Assembly (NCBI GenBank): GCA_963798915.1
Contig: CAWCVB010000016.1
Coordinates: 1-42,114 of the forward strand
Length of the DNA: 42,114 nt
Direction of reading: 5' to 3'
DNA from: an uncultured Gemmatimonadales bacterium
Lineage (GTDB): Bacteria; Gemmatimonadota; Gemmatimonadetes; Gemmatimonadales; GWC2-71-9
Shown here: piece by piece, positions 1 to 10,277 of the stretch
How positions within the stretch are numbered: position 1 is the first letter of the stretch
Layout of the letters: every line of letters starts with the position of its first letter
Position numbers and translations under genes: made by a program
The notes under the pieces: model-generated
Seen by the model: only the letters and a program-made list of their open reading frames with translations
Databases searched by the model: none
What the model was told of the DNA's origin: nothing

Positions 1-2
1 GG

Positions 3-995
3 GTGCTGGAGGCCGTAGTTCACTCGTATATCGAGACTGCCGAGCCGGCAGGCAGCCAGACGATCGCGCGCCAGTATGGTCTCGGTGTCTCGCCAGCTAC
101 GGTCCGCAGCATCATGAGCGAGCTGGAAGACCGGGGATTCCTGTATCACCCGCATACGTCAGCGGGGAGGATTCCGACCGACCGGGCCTACCGGGCCTAT
201 GTGGACGTAGTCATGCATCGTTCGCCTCCCACCAGCGCCGCGCGACGGACGCTCGCCACGGAGTTGACGGGCAAGGGGGGAGCGCTGGAGGAGCTGCTTC
301 ACCGGGCCGCCCAGGTGCTCGGGATCCTGACTCAGGAACTGGGCGTGGCGGTGGCCCCGGCCCTCGAGGAGGTGGTCCTCGAGCGCATCGAGCTGGTACC
401 GGTCTCCTCAGAGCGGCTGCTGATGGTGTTCAACCTGCGAAGTGGCGTCGTACGAACCATCTTCGTCCGGGTGCCATCGAGTGTAGCAGCGCCCGCGATG
501 CAGGCGGTGGCACAAGTGCTGAACGAGCGACTCGGTGGCCTCACCCTCCGGGAGCTGCGCCGAACACTGCATGAGCGACTTCGGGATGCGGAAGCGCCCG
601 CGGGCGGGCGGGAGCTGCTCGATATCTTCATCGCCGAGGGCGACGAGCTCTTTTCTCTCGATCCAGCACCAGCCTTGCTGGGGAGTGCGCAGCCGCTGGC
701 AGACCAGCCCGAATTTTCGTCCAACGAGCGGATGCGCGACCTGCTCGACTTGACCGAACGTCGCGACCTGCTGCGGCAGGCGCTGGACTTGCGCCGTCGC
801 GAGGGATTGTCGATCACCATTGGGGGCGAAAATACCGACGCCCGTCTCGCGGGCTTCACGCTGGTAACCTCGGCCTATCGCGCGGGCGATCTCTCTGGTG
901 TCATCGGGGTGATCGGACCCACGCGCATGCCTTACGACAAGATCATCGGCCTGGTGGAGCACACCGGCCGCCTGGTGGAAGGATTGCTGGAGTGA
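3..995 (+). CDS. hrcA: Heat-inducible transcription repressor HrcA (5' end cut by window edge)
   Basis: wHTH segment VSPATVRSIMSELEDRGFLYHPHTSAGRIPT and C-terminal GVIGPTRMPY; directly upstream of dnaJ. Confidence 0.96.
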   Translation: MLEAVVHSYIETAEPAGSQTIARQYGLGVSPATVRSIMSELEDRGFLYHPHTSAGRIPTDRAYRAYVDVVMHRSPPTSAARRTLATELTGKGGALEELLHRAAQVLGILTQELGVAVAPALEEVVLERIELVPVSSERLLMVFNLRSGVVRTIFVRVPSSVAAPAMQAVAQVLNERLGGLTLRELRRTLHERLRDAEAPAGGRELLDIFIAEGDELFSLDPAPALLGSAQPLADQPEFSSNERMRDLLDLTERRDLLRQALDLRRREGLSITIGGENTDARLAGFTLVTSAYRAGDLSGVIGVIGPTRMPYDKIIGLVEHTGRLVEGLLE

Positions 996-2120
996 GTGAC
1001 TTTTACCGCCTTCTTGGCGTCGAACGCGGCGCTGACGAAGACGAGATCAAGAAGGCCTATCGCCGCCTGGCCATGCAGTACCATCCGGACCGGAATCCCG
1101 AGCCGGATGCCGAAGCACGCTTCAAGCAGTTTACCGAAGCCTATGAAGTGCTGCGGGACCCGCAGAAGCGCGCCATGTACGACCGATACGGCAAGGCCGG
1201 ACTCGGCGGGGCCGCGGCCGGCGCCCAGGGCTTCCACCACGTCAACCTCGCGGAAGCACTCGAAATCTTCATGCGAGACTTCGGCGGGTTCGAGTCGCTG
1301 TTTGGCGGCGGCTCGCGCTCTCAGCGTGAAACCCGGCGCGGACAGGACATCAAGGTGAGTGTCAGGCTCACCTTGGCCGAGGTGGCGCACGGTGCCAGCA
1401 AGAAGCTCAAGCTGAAGACAATGGACTCGTGCCATGCCTGCGACGGCAGTGGTGCGCAGAAGGGTACTCGTCCAGTCACCTGTGAGGCGTGCGGGGGTTC
1501 GGGCGAAGTGCAGCGCGCCACCCGCAGCGTCTTTGGCCAGTTCATCTCGGTGGCGCCCTGTCCGACCTGTTCCGGCGAGGGGACGATCATCAAGAGTCCC
1601 TGCGAGATCTGCCGGGGGGAGGGACGAGTCCGCGGTGAGCGCTCAGTCCACGTGGAAATTCCCGCCGGCGTAGCCGCCAACAATTACCTCACGCTGCGGG
1701 GCCAGGGTGCTGCGGGTCCCCGTGGCGGTCCCAACGGCGATCTGATCGTCATGCTGGACATTCCTGATGACGAACGATTCGAGCGCCAGGGCGAACATCT
1801 CATTCACGACCTGCCGCTGTCCTTTTCGCAGGCGGCCCTCGGCGGTGTCTTCAGTGTGCCGTCCCCGTGGGGCGAGGAAGACCTCGAGGTCCCCGGCCGG
1901 CACCCAGACCGGTTCGGTCTTCAAGTTGCGGGGCAAGGGCCTGCCACGGCTCGGCCAGGGCGGTAACGGCGACCTGCACGTGCGCGTCCACCTCTGGACC
2001 CCGGAGCGACTCAACCCTGAACAGGAAGCCGCATTCCGCCAGCTGGCAGCGGTCGAAGGGGAGCCACCGCGGAAGGATTCCGGTTTCTGGGCGAAAGTGA
2101 AGCAAGCGCTTGGCGCATGA
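992..2120 (+). CDS. dnaJ: Chaperone DnaJ, split by a +1 frameshift at about 1891-1896 (375 aa when corrected)
   Basis: J domain with HPD (YHPDRN), G/F region and four CxxCxGxG repeats in ORF 992..1966; the C-terminus (AGTQTGSVFKLRGKGLP...GDLHVRV) continues in ORF 1767..2120. Confidence 0.95.
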
Positions 2121-2944
2121 GCTGGTGGGCGCTTCGTGTCGTGCCCGGTCCGACGCAGCGTGAAGCGTTGGCTCGTTGGCTGGTTGTCGCCAGCGGGCAC
2201 GCGGTCGAGGAGCGAGCGGATGGGTCATTGGCGGCATGCTGCGCGTCGGCGGAGGAAACGTCGGCGCTCGTTCGGCAGGTTCAGCTGGAGTTCGGGGTGC
2301 CCGCTGAGCTGGACGAACTTCCCGAGACTGACTGGCGTACCCGCTGGCGCGATGGCATCGAGCCTCGTCGCATCGGTCGCCTGCTGCTGGTTCCCAGCTG
2401 GCGCAGCGAGAGTGAACCGCATCTGGGTGCCCGGATTATTCTTGATCCCGAAAATGCCTTCGGCAGTGGCGAGCATGGCTCCACGCGCGGGGCGCTTGCC
2501 TTGCTGGAGCGTCACTTGCGCCGCGGCATGACGGTCATTGATCTGGGCAGTGGCAGCGGGATTCTCTCGATCGCCGCCGTGGCGTTGGGCGCCGCCCGTG
2601 CTATCGGCATTGAGTGCGACGAAGAAGCCATCCCGGTCGCCGAGCGCAATGCCGAGCGCAATGGCGTGGCCGGGGCCACTCGCTTCCTGCATGGCGACGC
2701 TCAGATACTCGCACCCCTGGCTGGCCCCGCCGACCTGGCGCTCTCCAACATTCTCCGGACGGTTAACGTGACGCTGCTGCCAGCTATCCGGGAGGCACTC
2801 GTGCCAGCCGGCCTTGCGATCTTTGCCGGCATGGAACAGGCGGAAGCCACCGCCTTTGCTGGTCCGCTGGAGGCGGCTGGGTTCGAGCCGGTGGAGGAGT
2901 GGACCGACGCCGGCTGGTGGAGCGTCGCGGCCCGGCGTTCGTGA
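2117..2944 (+). CDS. prmA: Ribosomal protein L11 methyltransferase
   Basis: AFGSGEHGST motif, SAM motif DLGSGSGIL; dnaJ-prmA-rsmE order. Confidence 0.92.
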   Translation: MSWWALRVVPGPTQREALARWLVVASGHAVEERADGSLAACCASAEETSALVRQVQLEFGVPAELDELPETDWRTRWRDGIEPRRIGRLLLVPSWRSESEPHLGARIILDPENAFGSGEHGSTRGALALLERHLRRGMTVIDLGSGSGILSIAAVALGAARAIGIECDEEAIPVAERNAERNGVAGATRFLHGDAQILAPLAGPADLALSNILRTVNVTLLPAIREALVPAGLAIFAGMEQAEATAFAGPLEAAGFEPVEEWTDAGWWSVAARRS

Positions 2945-3663
2945 GCGCCGTCCTGGTTCCCCCCGGCTCGCTCTCGGTCGGGGCGACGGTGCGACTCTCC
3001 GCCGAGGAGGCGCACCATCTTCGGGTCCGGCGATTCTCAGCGTCCGAGCGGATTCGCCTTCTCGACGGCTCCGGCACCGTCGGCCTGGGCTCGGCACTGC
3101 CGGTCGACGACAGCTGGGACGTGACGGTCGAGAGCCTAGCCACGGTGCCACCGCCGGATGAACTGGTCATCGCCGCGGGCGCCGGCGACCGCGAGCGCTT
3201 CGCCTGGCTGGTCGAGAAGGCGACGGAACTGGGCGCGACCCGTATCATCCCCGTCGAGACGGACCGAAGCCGGAGCGTCGCTGGCAGGGTGCGCCCGGAC
3301 CACATGGAGCGGCTGCAGCGCCGCTCGCTCGAGGCGCTCAAGCAGTCGGGCGGGGCGTGGGCCCCGCGACTCGACCAGCCGACGCAATTCAATGCGGTGC
3401 TGGATGCGGGACGGGACTGCACCCGCTGGCTGGCATCGGCCAGTGACGAGCACGTGCCCGAGCGCATTACCCGTGGTCCATTGGCGGTGCTGGTGGGCCC
3501 TGAAGGCGGGCTGTCTGCCAGCGAGCGCGACATGGCACTGAGGGCCGGCTGGCAGCCGGTACGCCTGGCGCCGGCGACGCTGCGCTTCGAGACCGCTGCG
3601 ATTGCGGCGCTGGCCCACGCCGCGGCTGCCCGGGCACGCATCCTGAAACCGGAGGAAGCTTGA
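2941..3663 (+). CDS. rsmE: 16S rRNA m3U1498 methyltransferase RsmE
   Basis: HHLRVRR, EKATELG, VGPEGGL, LRFETAA SPOUT motifs; GTG start overlaps the prmA stop. Confidence 0.93.
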   Translation: MSAVLVPPGSLSVGATVRLSAEEAHHLRVRRFSASERIRLLDGSGTVGLGSALPVDDSWDVTVESLATVPPPDELVIAAGAGDRERFAWLVEKATELGATRIIPVETDRSRSVAGRVRPDHMERLQRRSLEALKQSGGAWAPRLDQPTQFNAVLDAGRDCTRWLASASDEHVPERITRGPLAVLVGPEGGLSASERDMALRAGWQPVRLAPATLRFETAAIAALAHAAAARARILKPEEA

Positions 3664-4007
3664 CCGATTGCATCTTCTGCCGCATCGCCGCCGGCGACGT
3701 ACCTGCGCGAGTTGTGGCCCGGAGCGAGGAGGCCTTGGCGTTCCATGATCTGGACCCAAAGGCGCCGGTGCACGTGCTGGTCATTCCCATCAGGCATCGG
3801 GAGGCTGTGCGCGACGCCGGCGGAGAGGAGGGGGCGCTGCTGCTGGGTCATCTGGTTCAGTTCGCCACTCGGGTCGCCACGGAATTGGGTCTTGATGTCG
3901 GCGGTTACCGGCTGGTGACGAATACAGGTCCCGATGCGGGGCAAAGCGTGGCGCACCTGCACCTGCATCTTCTGGGCGGGCGGGTCATGAAGTGGCCTCC
4001 TGGCTGA
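3660..4007 (+). CDS. HIT-family (histidine triad) nucleotide hydrolase, HinT-like
   Basis: DCIFCRI N-terminus, GQSVAHLHLHLLGG triad, WPPG end. Confidence 0.93.
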   Translation: MTDCIFCRIAAGDVPARVVARSEEALAFHDLDPKAPVHVLVIPIRHREAVRDAGGEEGALLLGHLVQFATRVATELGLDVGGYRLVTNTGPDAGQSVAHLHLHLLGGRVMKWPPG

Positions 4008-4014
4008 GGGCTTC

Positions 4015-4040
4015 CGTCCCGGGCGCCGGGACGCTAACTT
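4015..4040 (+). promoter_or_regulatory. 8-bp hairpin followed by a candidate -10 (TAACTT) upstream of rpsU
   Basis: CGTCCCGG-gcg-CCGGGACG at 4015-4033; TAACTT at 4035-4040; -35 weak. Confidence 0.35.
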
Positions 4041-4094
4041 TCCATGCTGTCGCATCTTATGCCCGTCGAGGGCCGGAAGGGGTGATTTACCAGC

Positions 4095-4295
4095 ATGGCC
4101 GAAGTCGTCATTCACGATGATGAGAGCTTCGAGCGCGCGCTCAAGCGCTTCAAGAAGAAGTGCGAGAAGGCCGGCATCTTGTCGGACCTGCGCAAGCATC
4201 GGCACTACGAGAAGCCGAGCGAGAAGCGCAAGCGGAAGATGAACGCCGCCATTCGGAAGAACCGCCGGGGACCGCGCACGCGCGTGGTTCGCTGA
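4095..4295 (+). CDS. rpsU: 30S ribosomal protein S21
   Basis: [13 protein letters not shown]...[11 protein letters not shown]; purine-rich SD upstream. Confidence 0.97.
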   Translation: MAEVVIHDDESFERALKRFKKKCEKAGILSDLRKHRHYEKPSEKRKRKMNAAIRKNRRGPRTRVVR

Positions 4296-4335
4296 CCCTC
4301 CGACCGCGGCTCGTGCGCGAGGAGCGCGTGCAGGC

Positions 4336-6795
4336 ATGACGGTACCGCAATCACCCACCGCCAACGGGGTGCTACGCCTGGAGCAACAGGCCGGCACCCC
4401 GTCGGCTTTGGGGCATCCCCTGACCATCGACGCCCTCGAAATCATCGAGTTCGGCGCGGTGCTCGAGCTGGTCGCGGCCCGTACCGCAGGCCCGCTGGGC
4501 GCGGAGCGCATCCGGCTGCGGCGTCCTGTGACCGACGAGGCCTGGATCAGGCAGGAGCTGTCATCGGTCGAACAGGTCGCCGCTCTCTTCCGCCGCCATG
4601 ACGGCATTCAGGCCGAGCCGGTGGACGATGTCGGAACGGCGCTCCGCCGGCTGCGCGTGGAAGGGAGCATGCTGGACGGCGTCGAGCTCGCCGGAATCAA
4701 GCGCCTGGCGGAAGCGTCCCGCCGCGTCGCTGACGAGCTGGGCCGCGTGCGCGAACAGGCGCCGCTGGCGTTTGCGCGACGGGCGGAACCGCTCCCACGC
4801 GCCATCGCCCGCCGGCTCGAACTGTCGGTGGATGACGACGGCCAGGTCCTCGACACGGCCAGTCCTGCCCTCGCCGCCGCACGTCGCGAGGTGCAGGCCT
4901 CGCGCGCCCGCCTGGTCAAGAAGCTGGAGTCGGTACTCCGGGCCCTGGATCCGGCCGGTGCGACGGACGGCGCTGTGACCATCCGCCAGGGACGCTATGT
5001 CATTCCGGTCCGGCGGGACCTCCGCTCGCGGCCTGAGGGAATCGTGCACGACGAGTCGGCCAGCTCCGGGACGCTGTTCGTGGAACCCAGCGCCGCCATC
5101 GAGCTCGGCAATGCGTTCCGCGAATCACAGATTGCCGCCGAACGCGAGACTGTGGCGGTGCTGCGCGAGCTCACCGGCCTGCTGCGCCCGATGCAGTCGC
5201 TCTTGCTCGACGTTCTCGAAATGTGCGTTGGTGTGGACGACCTGGTGGCGCGAGCACGCTGGGCAGCGGAACTGGATGCCCACGCGCCACGGGTGGTGGC
5301 GGCCCCGGCGCTGCTGCGGGTGGTGCAGGGACGTCATCCTCTGCTCCTGGCTCGCGATGAGCCGGTCGTGCCCTTTGACTTGCAGATGGAGCCGGGAGAG
5401 CGCACGCTCCTGGTGACCGGTCCCAACACTGGCGGCAAGACCGTGCTGCTCAAGGCGGTTGCGCTGTTTGCGGCGCTGGCACAAAGCGGCATTGTGCCAC
5501 CGGTGGCGGCGGAGTCGGCGCTGCCAATCTTCAGCCAGTTTGCCGCCGATATCGGTGACCGACAGAGTATCGCCGCCAGCCTCTCGACCTTCAGCGCCCA
5601 CGTGCGGACCCTGGGCGCTATCCTGCATGAGGCAGACGCCGGCGCACTGGTGCTGCTGGATGAAATCGGAAGCGGTACAGATCCGGCCGAAGGCGCCGCC
5701 TTGGCGGCGGCCGCCATCGTCCAGCTCACCCGGCGCGGTGCGCTCTCGCTCGCGACCACCCATCTGGGACAGCTCAAGACGCTCGCTCAGGAGGAACCGG
5801 GCGTGGTCAACGCCTCACTGCAGTTCGATGCCGCGACGCTGACGCCGACGTACCGCTTCCAGAAGGGCATTCCAGGCCGAAGCTATGGACTGGCCATCGC
5901 CCGCCGGCTGGGCCTGCCGCCGGATGTGCTCGAGAGCGCCGAGGGGCGGGTGCCCGATGCTGAACGAAGCTTCGATGCCTTGTTGGCGTCAGTTGAGCAG
6001 CGACAGCGTAGCGTCGAGCGGAGAGAGATCGCGGTTGCGGCGGGGGAGGAGGCCGCGCGGGCGCTCGATGAGAGGCTGGCCGCGCGTGAAGCCTTGGCGG
6101 CCGACCGAGCAGCCGAGCTGGACCGACGCGAGCGCGAGGCCGATCGGCGGGCCCGCAGGGAGGCGCGAGACTACTTGCTGGCAGCACGCCAGACAGTGGA
6201 GGCAGCCCTCGCCGCCGCGCGTGAAGCAGTGGACGAGAACCGGGCGCGCGAGGCACGCCGCACGCTCGAGGACGTGATCCGACAAGAAGGCGCCGCTCTG
6301 GCGGAGCAGGCCGACGGGAATGCTGCCGCTGCGGGGGTGTCGTTCCCGGACGTCGTTGCAGGAGACCGGGCGCGGACGGCTTCGGGCATCCACGGGCAGG
6401 TGCTGGAGATCAGACCCGACGGGAAGGCAGTGCTGATGGCTGGAGCGGTCCGGCTGGTCGTGCCGGTCGCCGAACTTACCGGCACCTCGGAACGGCCGCC
6501 TACGGCCCGGCAGCCCAGCGAGCGACTGTTGGACGAATCGATGGCCGCCGCGCCAATGGAAATCGACCTCCGCGGCATGACCGGCGACGAGGCCGAGACC
6601 GCCACCCTGGCCGCCATCGACGCCGCAATTCTCGCGGAGCATCCGGTGCTGCGAATCATTCACGGAATGGGCTCGGGCGTCGTCCGGGAGCGAGTGCGTC
6701 GCACCGTCAAGCGCGATCGCCGGATTCGCAGCGCCGGGTTTGCGCCACGGCGCGAGGGCGGCACGGGAGTCACCATCGTGGAATTCGGGGACTGA
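4336..6795 (+). CDS. mutS2: MutS2 family ATPase with C-terminal Smr domain
   Basis: Walker A TGPNTGGKT, Walker B LLDEIGSGTD, coiled coil, Smr DLRG...IIHGMGSG; no mismatch-binding domain; start uncertain. Confidence 0.93.
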   Translation: MTVPQSPTANGVLRLEQQAGTPSALGHPLTIDALEIIEFGAVLELVAARTAGPLGAERIRLRRPVTDEAWIRQELSSVEQVAALFRRHDGIQAEPVDDVGTALRRLRVEGSMLDGVELAGIKRLAEASRRVADELGRVREQAPLAFARRAEPLPRAIARRLELSVDDDGQVLDTASPALAAARREVQASRARLVKKLESVLRALDPAGATDGAVTIRQGRYVIPVRRDLRSRPEGIVHDESASSGTLFVEPSAAIELGNAFRESQIAAERETVAVLRELTGLLRPMQSLLLDVLEMCVGVDDLVARARWAAELDAHAPRVVAAPALLRVVQGRHPLLLARDEPVVPFDLQMEPGERTLLVTGPNTGGKTVLLKAVALFAALAQSGIVPPVAAESALPIFSQFAADIGDRQSIAASLSTFSAHVRTLGAILHEADAGALVLLDEIGSGTDPAEGAALAAAAIVQLTRRGALSLATTHLGQLKTLAQEEPGVVNASLQFDAATLTPTYRFQKGIPGRSYGLAIARRLGLPPDVLESAEGRVPDAERSFDALLASVEQRQRSVERREIAVAAGEEAARALDERLAAREALAADRAAELDRREREADRRARREARDYLLAARQTVEAALAAAREAVDENRAREARRTLEDVIRQEGAALAEQADGNAAAAGVSFPDVVAGDRARTASGIHGQVLEIRPDGKAVLMAGAVRLVVPVAELTGTSERPPTARQPSERLLDESMAAAPMEIDLRGMTGDEAETATLAAIDAAILAEHPVLRIIHGMGSGVVRERVRRTVKRDRRIRSAGFAPRREGGTGVTIVEFGD

Positions 6796-6801
6796 GCCGG
6801 C

Positions 6802-8556
6802 ATGATCCCGGACGAGATCATCGAGCAGGTGCGTGAGAGCGCCGATCTCATCGCCGTCATCGGCGAGTCGGTCCAGCTGAAGCGGACCGGGGCCGACTGG
6901 CGTGGGCCGTGTCCGTTCCACGGAGGCACCCACCGCAATTTTGCGGTGATCCCGCGGAAGGGAATGTTCTACTGTTATGTCTGCCATGAAGCGGGCGACG
7001 TATTCACGTGGTTGATGAAGCGATTCGGCATGGATTATCCCAGCGCAGTGAAGGACGTGGCCCGACGGGTCGGCATCACGGTGCCGGAGCGTGTCCGTGA
7101 CGAAGGGCCAGATCCCAACGAACCACTCTACACTGCCGTGAGTGCTGCCCAGGACTGGTTTACCCGTCAGCTGCTCGAGGGTGACGCCGGCGCAGCGGCG
7201 CTGCGCTACCTGGAAGGCCGCGGATTCAATCGTGAGGCTGCCGGCGAACTGGGCCTGGGATTGTCGCCGCGAGGATCGGGCTTTCTCGACGCGATGCACA
7301 CGCTGGGGATCGAGGACGCGACCCTGCTGGCGGCCGGACTCGCCGGCACTCGGGACAACGGCGTCGTGGCGCCCAAATTCTGGAACCGCCTCATGTTTCC
7401 GATTCATGACTTGCGCGGCAGGGTGGTGGCATTCGGCGGGCGCCTGCTCGGTGACGGGGAACCGAAGTACCTCAATTCGCCTGAGTCCGCGATCTTTCAT
7501 AAGGGCCGCATGCTCTACCATCTGCACGCAGCCAAGCATGCCATCCGGAAGGAAGAGCGCGCGCTGGTGGTCGAGGGATACTTTGACGTGCTCCAGCTCG
7601 CTGCCGCCGGAATCGACAATGTCGTGGCGCCGCTTGGCACCGCACTGACGCCGGATCAGGCCAGCCTGCTGCGACGCTTCACCACGCAGGTCACGCTGCT
7701 CTACGACAGCGACGCCGCCGGGCTCCGGGCTACCTTCCGCGCCGGCGACGAGCTCTTGCGGCAGGGGGTCCGGGTTCGCGTTGCTACGATGCCACCAGAT
7801 GAGGACCCGGATACTATGGTCCAGCGCGGCGGAGCGCCCGCGCTCGCGGCCGTGCTCGCTGATGCGGTTGATATCCTGGAGCGGAAGATCCAGATGCTCG
7901 CCGAGAAGGGATGGTTCGAGGACCTGGAGCGGCGGCGCTCAGCGCTCGATCGTCTGCTCCCGACCGTCCGTGCCGCATCCGATCCCATTACGCGGCAACT
8001 CTACCTCTCCCGGGTTGCCGAGCGGAGCGGGGTCTCGAAAGAGGTGCTCGAGCGGGAGCTGCGTTTTGCTCCGAACCGGATGGAGCCGACCGGTGCGCGT
8101 CCATCGGCGCCGCCGCCGACGGGCGGGCCCCCTGCGACACCGGTGCGGGGCGCGGAATGGGATCTGCTTCGCGTGTTGGTCGCGGCTCCGGAGTTCCGGA
8201 GCCGCGCCAGCGAACTGGTGCCGGCCGACGCTTTCGAGCTGCCCGAGCACCGCGAACTGTACCTGGCGATCATCGGTGACGCGTCGGTGGCCGACCAGCC
8301 GCCCGAACGCCTTTCGCATCAGGCACAGCTGCTCTGGTCTCGCCTCCGGGAATCGGCGGCCCAGCTGGATGGAGCGAATTTCGACGACATGTTCACCACC
8401 ACCACTGAAATGATCGTTTCCGGGCCTGAATGGCGCACCATCCAGGCCATCACCGATCCGGTGGAGCGGCGTCGGCGGGTTGATGACTTCAAGGTGCGAT
8501 ATCCCGTGGCCGGCCCGGCCCGCGATTTCCAGCGAAGGGCGCGGCGGCACCCGTGA
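6802..8556 (+). CDS. dnaG: DNA primase
   Basis: Zn finger CPFH...CYVC, PKYLNSPE, TOPRIM VEGYFDV and YDSDAAG. Confidence 0.97.
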   Translation: MIPDEIIEQVRESADLIAVIGESVQLKRTGADWRGPCPFHGGTHRNFAVIPRKGMFYCYVCHEAGDVFTWLMKRFGMDYPSAVKDVARRVGITVPERVRDEGPDPNEPLYTAVSAAQDWFTRQLLEGDAGAAALRYLEGRGFNREAAGELGLGLSPRGSGFLDAMHTLGIEDATLLAAGLAGTRDNGVVAPKFWNRLMFPIHDLRGRVVAFGGRLLGDGEPKYLNSPESAIFHKGRMLYHLHAAKHAIRKEERALVVEGYFDVLQLAAAGIDNVVAPLGTALTPDQASLLRRFTTQVTLLYDSDAAGLRATFRAGDELLRQGVRVRVATMPPDEDPDTMVQRGGAPALAAVLADAVDILERKIQMLAEKGWFEDLERRRSALDRLLPTVRAASDPITRQLYLSRVAERSGVSKEVLERELRFAPNRMEPTGARPSAPPPTGGPPATPVRGAEWDLLRVLVAAPEFRSRASELVPADAFELPEHRELYLAIIGDASVADQPPERLSHQAQLLWSRLRESAAQLDGANFDDMFTTTTEMIVSGPEWRTIQAITDPVERRRRVDDFKVRYPVAGPARDFQRRARRHP

Positions 8557-10277
8557 CCACCACATTCCCATGTCCGCCCCTGCGCTGGCGGCTGAGCGCT
8601 CCTCCGGACGAGACCGCCGCCCGGTCGCTGGCGAACGAGCTGGGCATTCCTCCCGCGCTCGCACGGCTCCTCGTCGCGCGCGGCTTCGGTTTGGCCGAGG
8701 CGGCGCGTGCCTTTTTGCGGCCATCGCTCGACACCCTGCAGGATCCGCTGACGCTGCGGGACATGGATCGGGCCGTCGAGGCCGTCGCCGGAGCAGTGCG
8801 CGCGGGTCGCCGGATCATGGTGCACGGGGATTATGACGTCGATGGCCAATGCGCCACGGCCTTATTGACTCGGGCGCTGCAGGCAGCGGGCGCCGAGGTC
8901 CTGCCCTTCGTGCCGGACCGGATGCGGGACGGCTATGACTTCGGGCCTGCCGGCATCCGTGCGGCGCAAGCGGCGGGTGCGAGCCTGATCCTGACCTGCG
9001 ACTGCGGCATCACGGCCGTGGATGCCGTCGCGCTGGCTCGTGCACAGGGCATTGACGTGGTGGTCACCGATCACCACCTGCCGGGTGCGCACCTGCCTCC
9101 GGCCGTGGCCGTGGTGGATCCGCAGCGCAGCGATGATACGTCAGGCCTCAGCCAGCTCTGCGGAACCGGCATCGCCTTCAAATTGGTCGAAGCCCTGATC
9201 CCCGTCCTCGGTCTCCCCGCCAGGCTCCACCTGCACCTGCTGGACCTGGTCGCGCTGGCCACCGTGGCCGACGTCGTGCCGCTCACCGGCGAGAATCGGA
9301 CGCTGGTCAAGCATGGGCTACGGGTGCTGGCGCAGAGTCGCTGGCCAGGTCTTCGTGCGTTGATTCGCTCCAGCGGACTGGATCGGCGGGAGATTCGCGC
9401 CGGACATCTTGGCTATGTGCTGGGGCCGCGCCTCAATGCTGCGGGCCGGATCGGGGACGCGATGGACGGCGTTCGCCTGCTGCTGACCGACAGCGATGCT
9501 GAAGCGGACGCCCTTGCCGCTTCACTGTCCGCGCTCAACGATCGGCGTCAGGCGTTGGACCAGCGCATCCTCGACCAGGCCGTCGAGCAGGTTGAGCGTG
9601 ACATGGATCCCGAGCGCGACTCGGCCTTTGTGCTGAGTGCCGACGACTGGCATGCCGGCGTGGTGGGCATCGTGGCGTCACGGATTGTGGAGCGGTACGG
9701 CCGGCCGACATTCCTGGTCGCCTTCGATGGTCAGATCGGCAAGGGCTCGGGCCGCAGCATTGCGGCCTTCGACCTGCACTCGGCGTTGGCGGAATGCGCC
9801 GGCCTTCTCGAGCGTTTTGGCGGTCACCGCATGGCCGCGGGACTCACTGTCCAGCGGGCCAACTTCGAGGCGTTCCGCGAGCGGTTCGCTGCCGTTGCCC
9901 GTGAGCGGCTCACCCCGGCAGACCTTGGTCCGGAACAACGGATCGACCTGGTGATCGGGCTGGACGAGGCAAATGACGAGCTGGAAAAACTGTGTCGCCA
10001 CCTCGAGCCCTGCGGCATGGGCAATCCCGGACCAGTCTTTGGCGTGCGCGGCGCGCAGCTTTCCGCTGCACGGCGGGTCGGCAACGGACACCTGAAGGCG
10101 ACGTTGCTGGCCGGGTCTACACGTCTGCCGGCGATCGGCTTCAACTGGGCTGACCGGATCACCTGGCTCCTCAGCGATCCGGTGGACGCCGCATTCCGCT
10201 TGGAAATGAATGAGTGGAACGGCCGCACGAGTCTCCAGGCGCGGTTGCTGGCCCTCGCGCCGGCCGGTGCGGGGTGA
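8553..10277 (+). CDS. recJ: ssDNA-specific exonuclease RecJ
   Basis: GDYDVDG, TCDCG, TDHH, PRLNAAGR, GGHRMAAG DHH/DHHA1 motifs. Confidence 0.96.
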   Translation: MTTTFPCPPLRWRLSAPPDETAARSLANELGIPPALARLLVARGFGLAEAARAFLRPSLDTLQDPLTLRDMDRAVEAVAGAVRAGRRIMVHGDYDVDGQCATALLTRALQAAGAEVLPFVPDRMRDGYDFGPAGIRAAQAAGASLILTCDCGITAVDAVALARAQGIDVVVTDHHLPGAHLPPAVAVVDPQRSDDTSGLSQLCGTGIAFKLVEALIPVLGLPARLHLHLLDLVALATVADVVPLTGENRTLVKHGLRVLAQSRWPGLRALIRSSGLDRREIRAGHLGYVLGPRLNAAGRIGDAMDGVRLLLTDSDAEADALAASLSALNDRRQALDQRILDQAVEQVERDMDPERDSAFVLSADDWHAGVVGIVASRIVERYGRPTFLVAFDGQIGKGSGRSIAAFDLHSALAECAGLLERFGGHRMAAGLTVQRANFEAFRERFAAVARERLTPADLGPEQRIDLVIGLDEANDELEKLCRHLEPCGMGNPGPVFGVRGAQLSAARRVGNGHLKATLLAGSTRLPAIGFNWADRITWLLSDPVDAAFRLEMNEWNGRTSLQARLLALAPAGAG

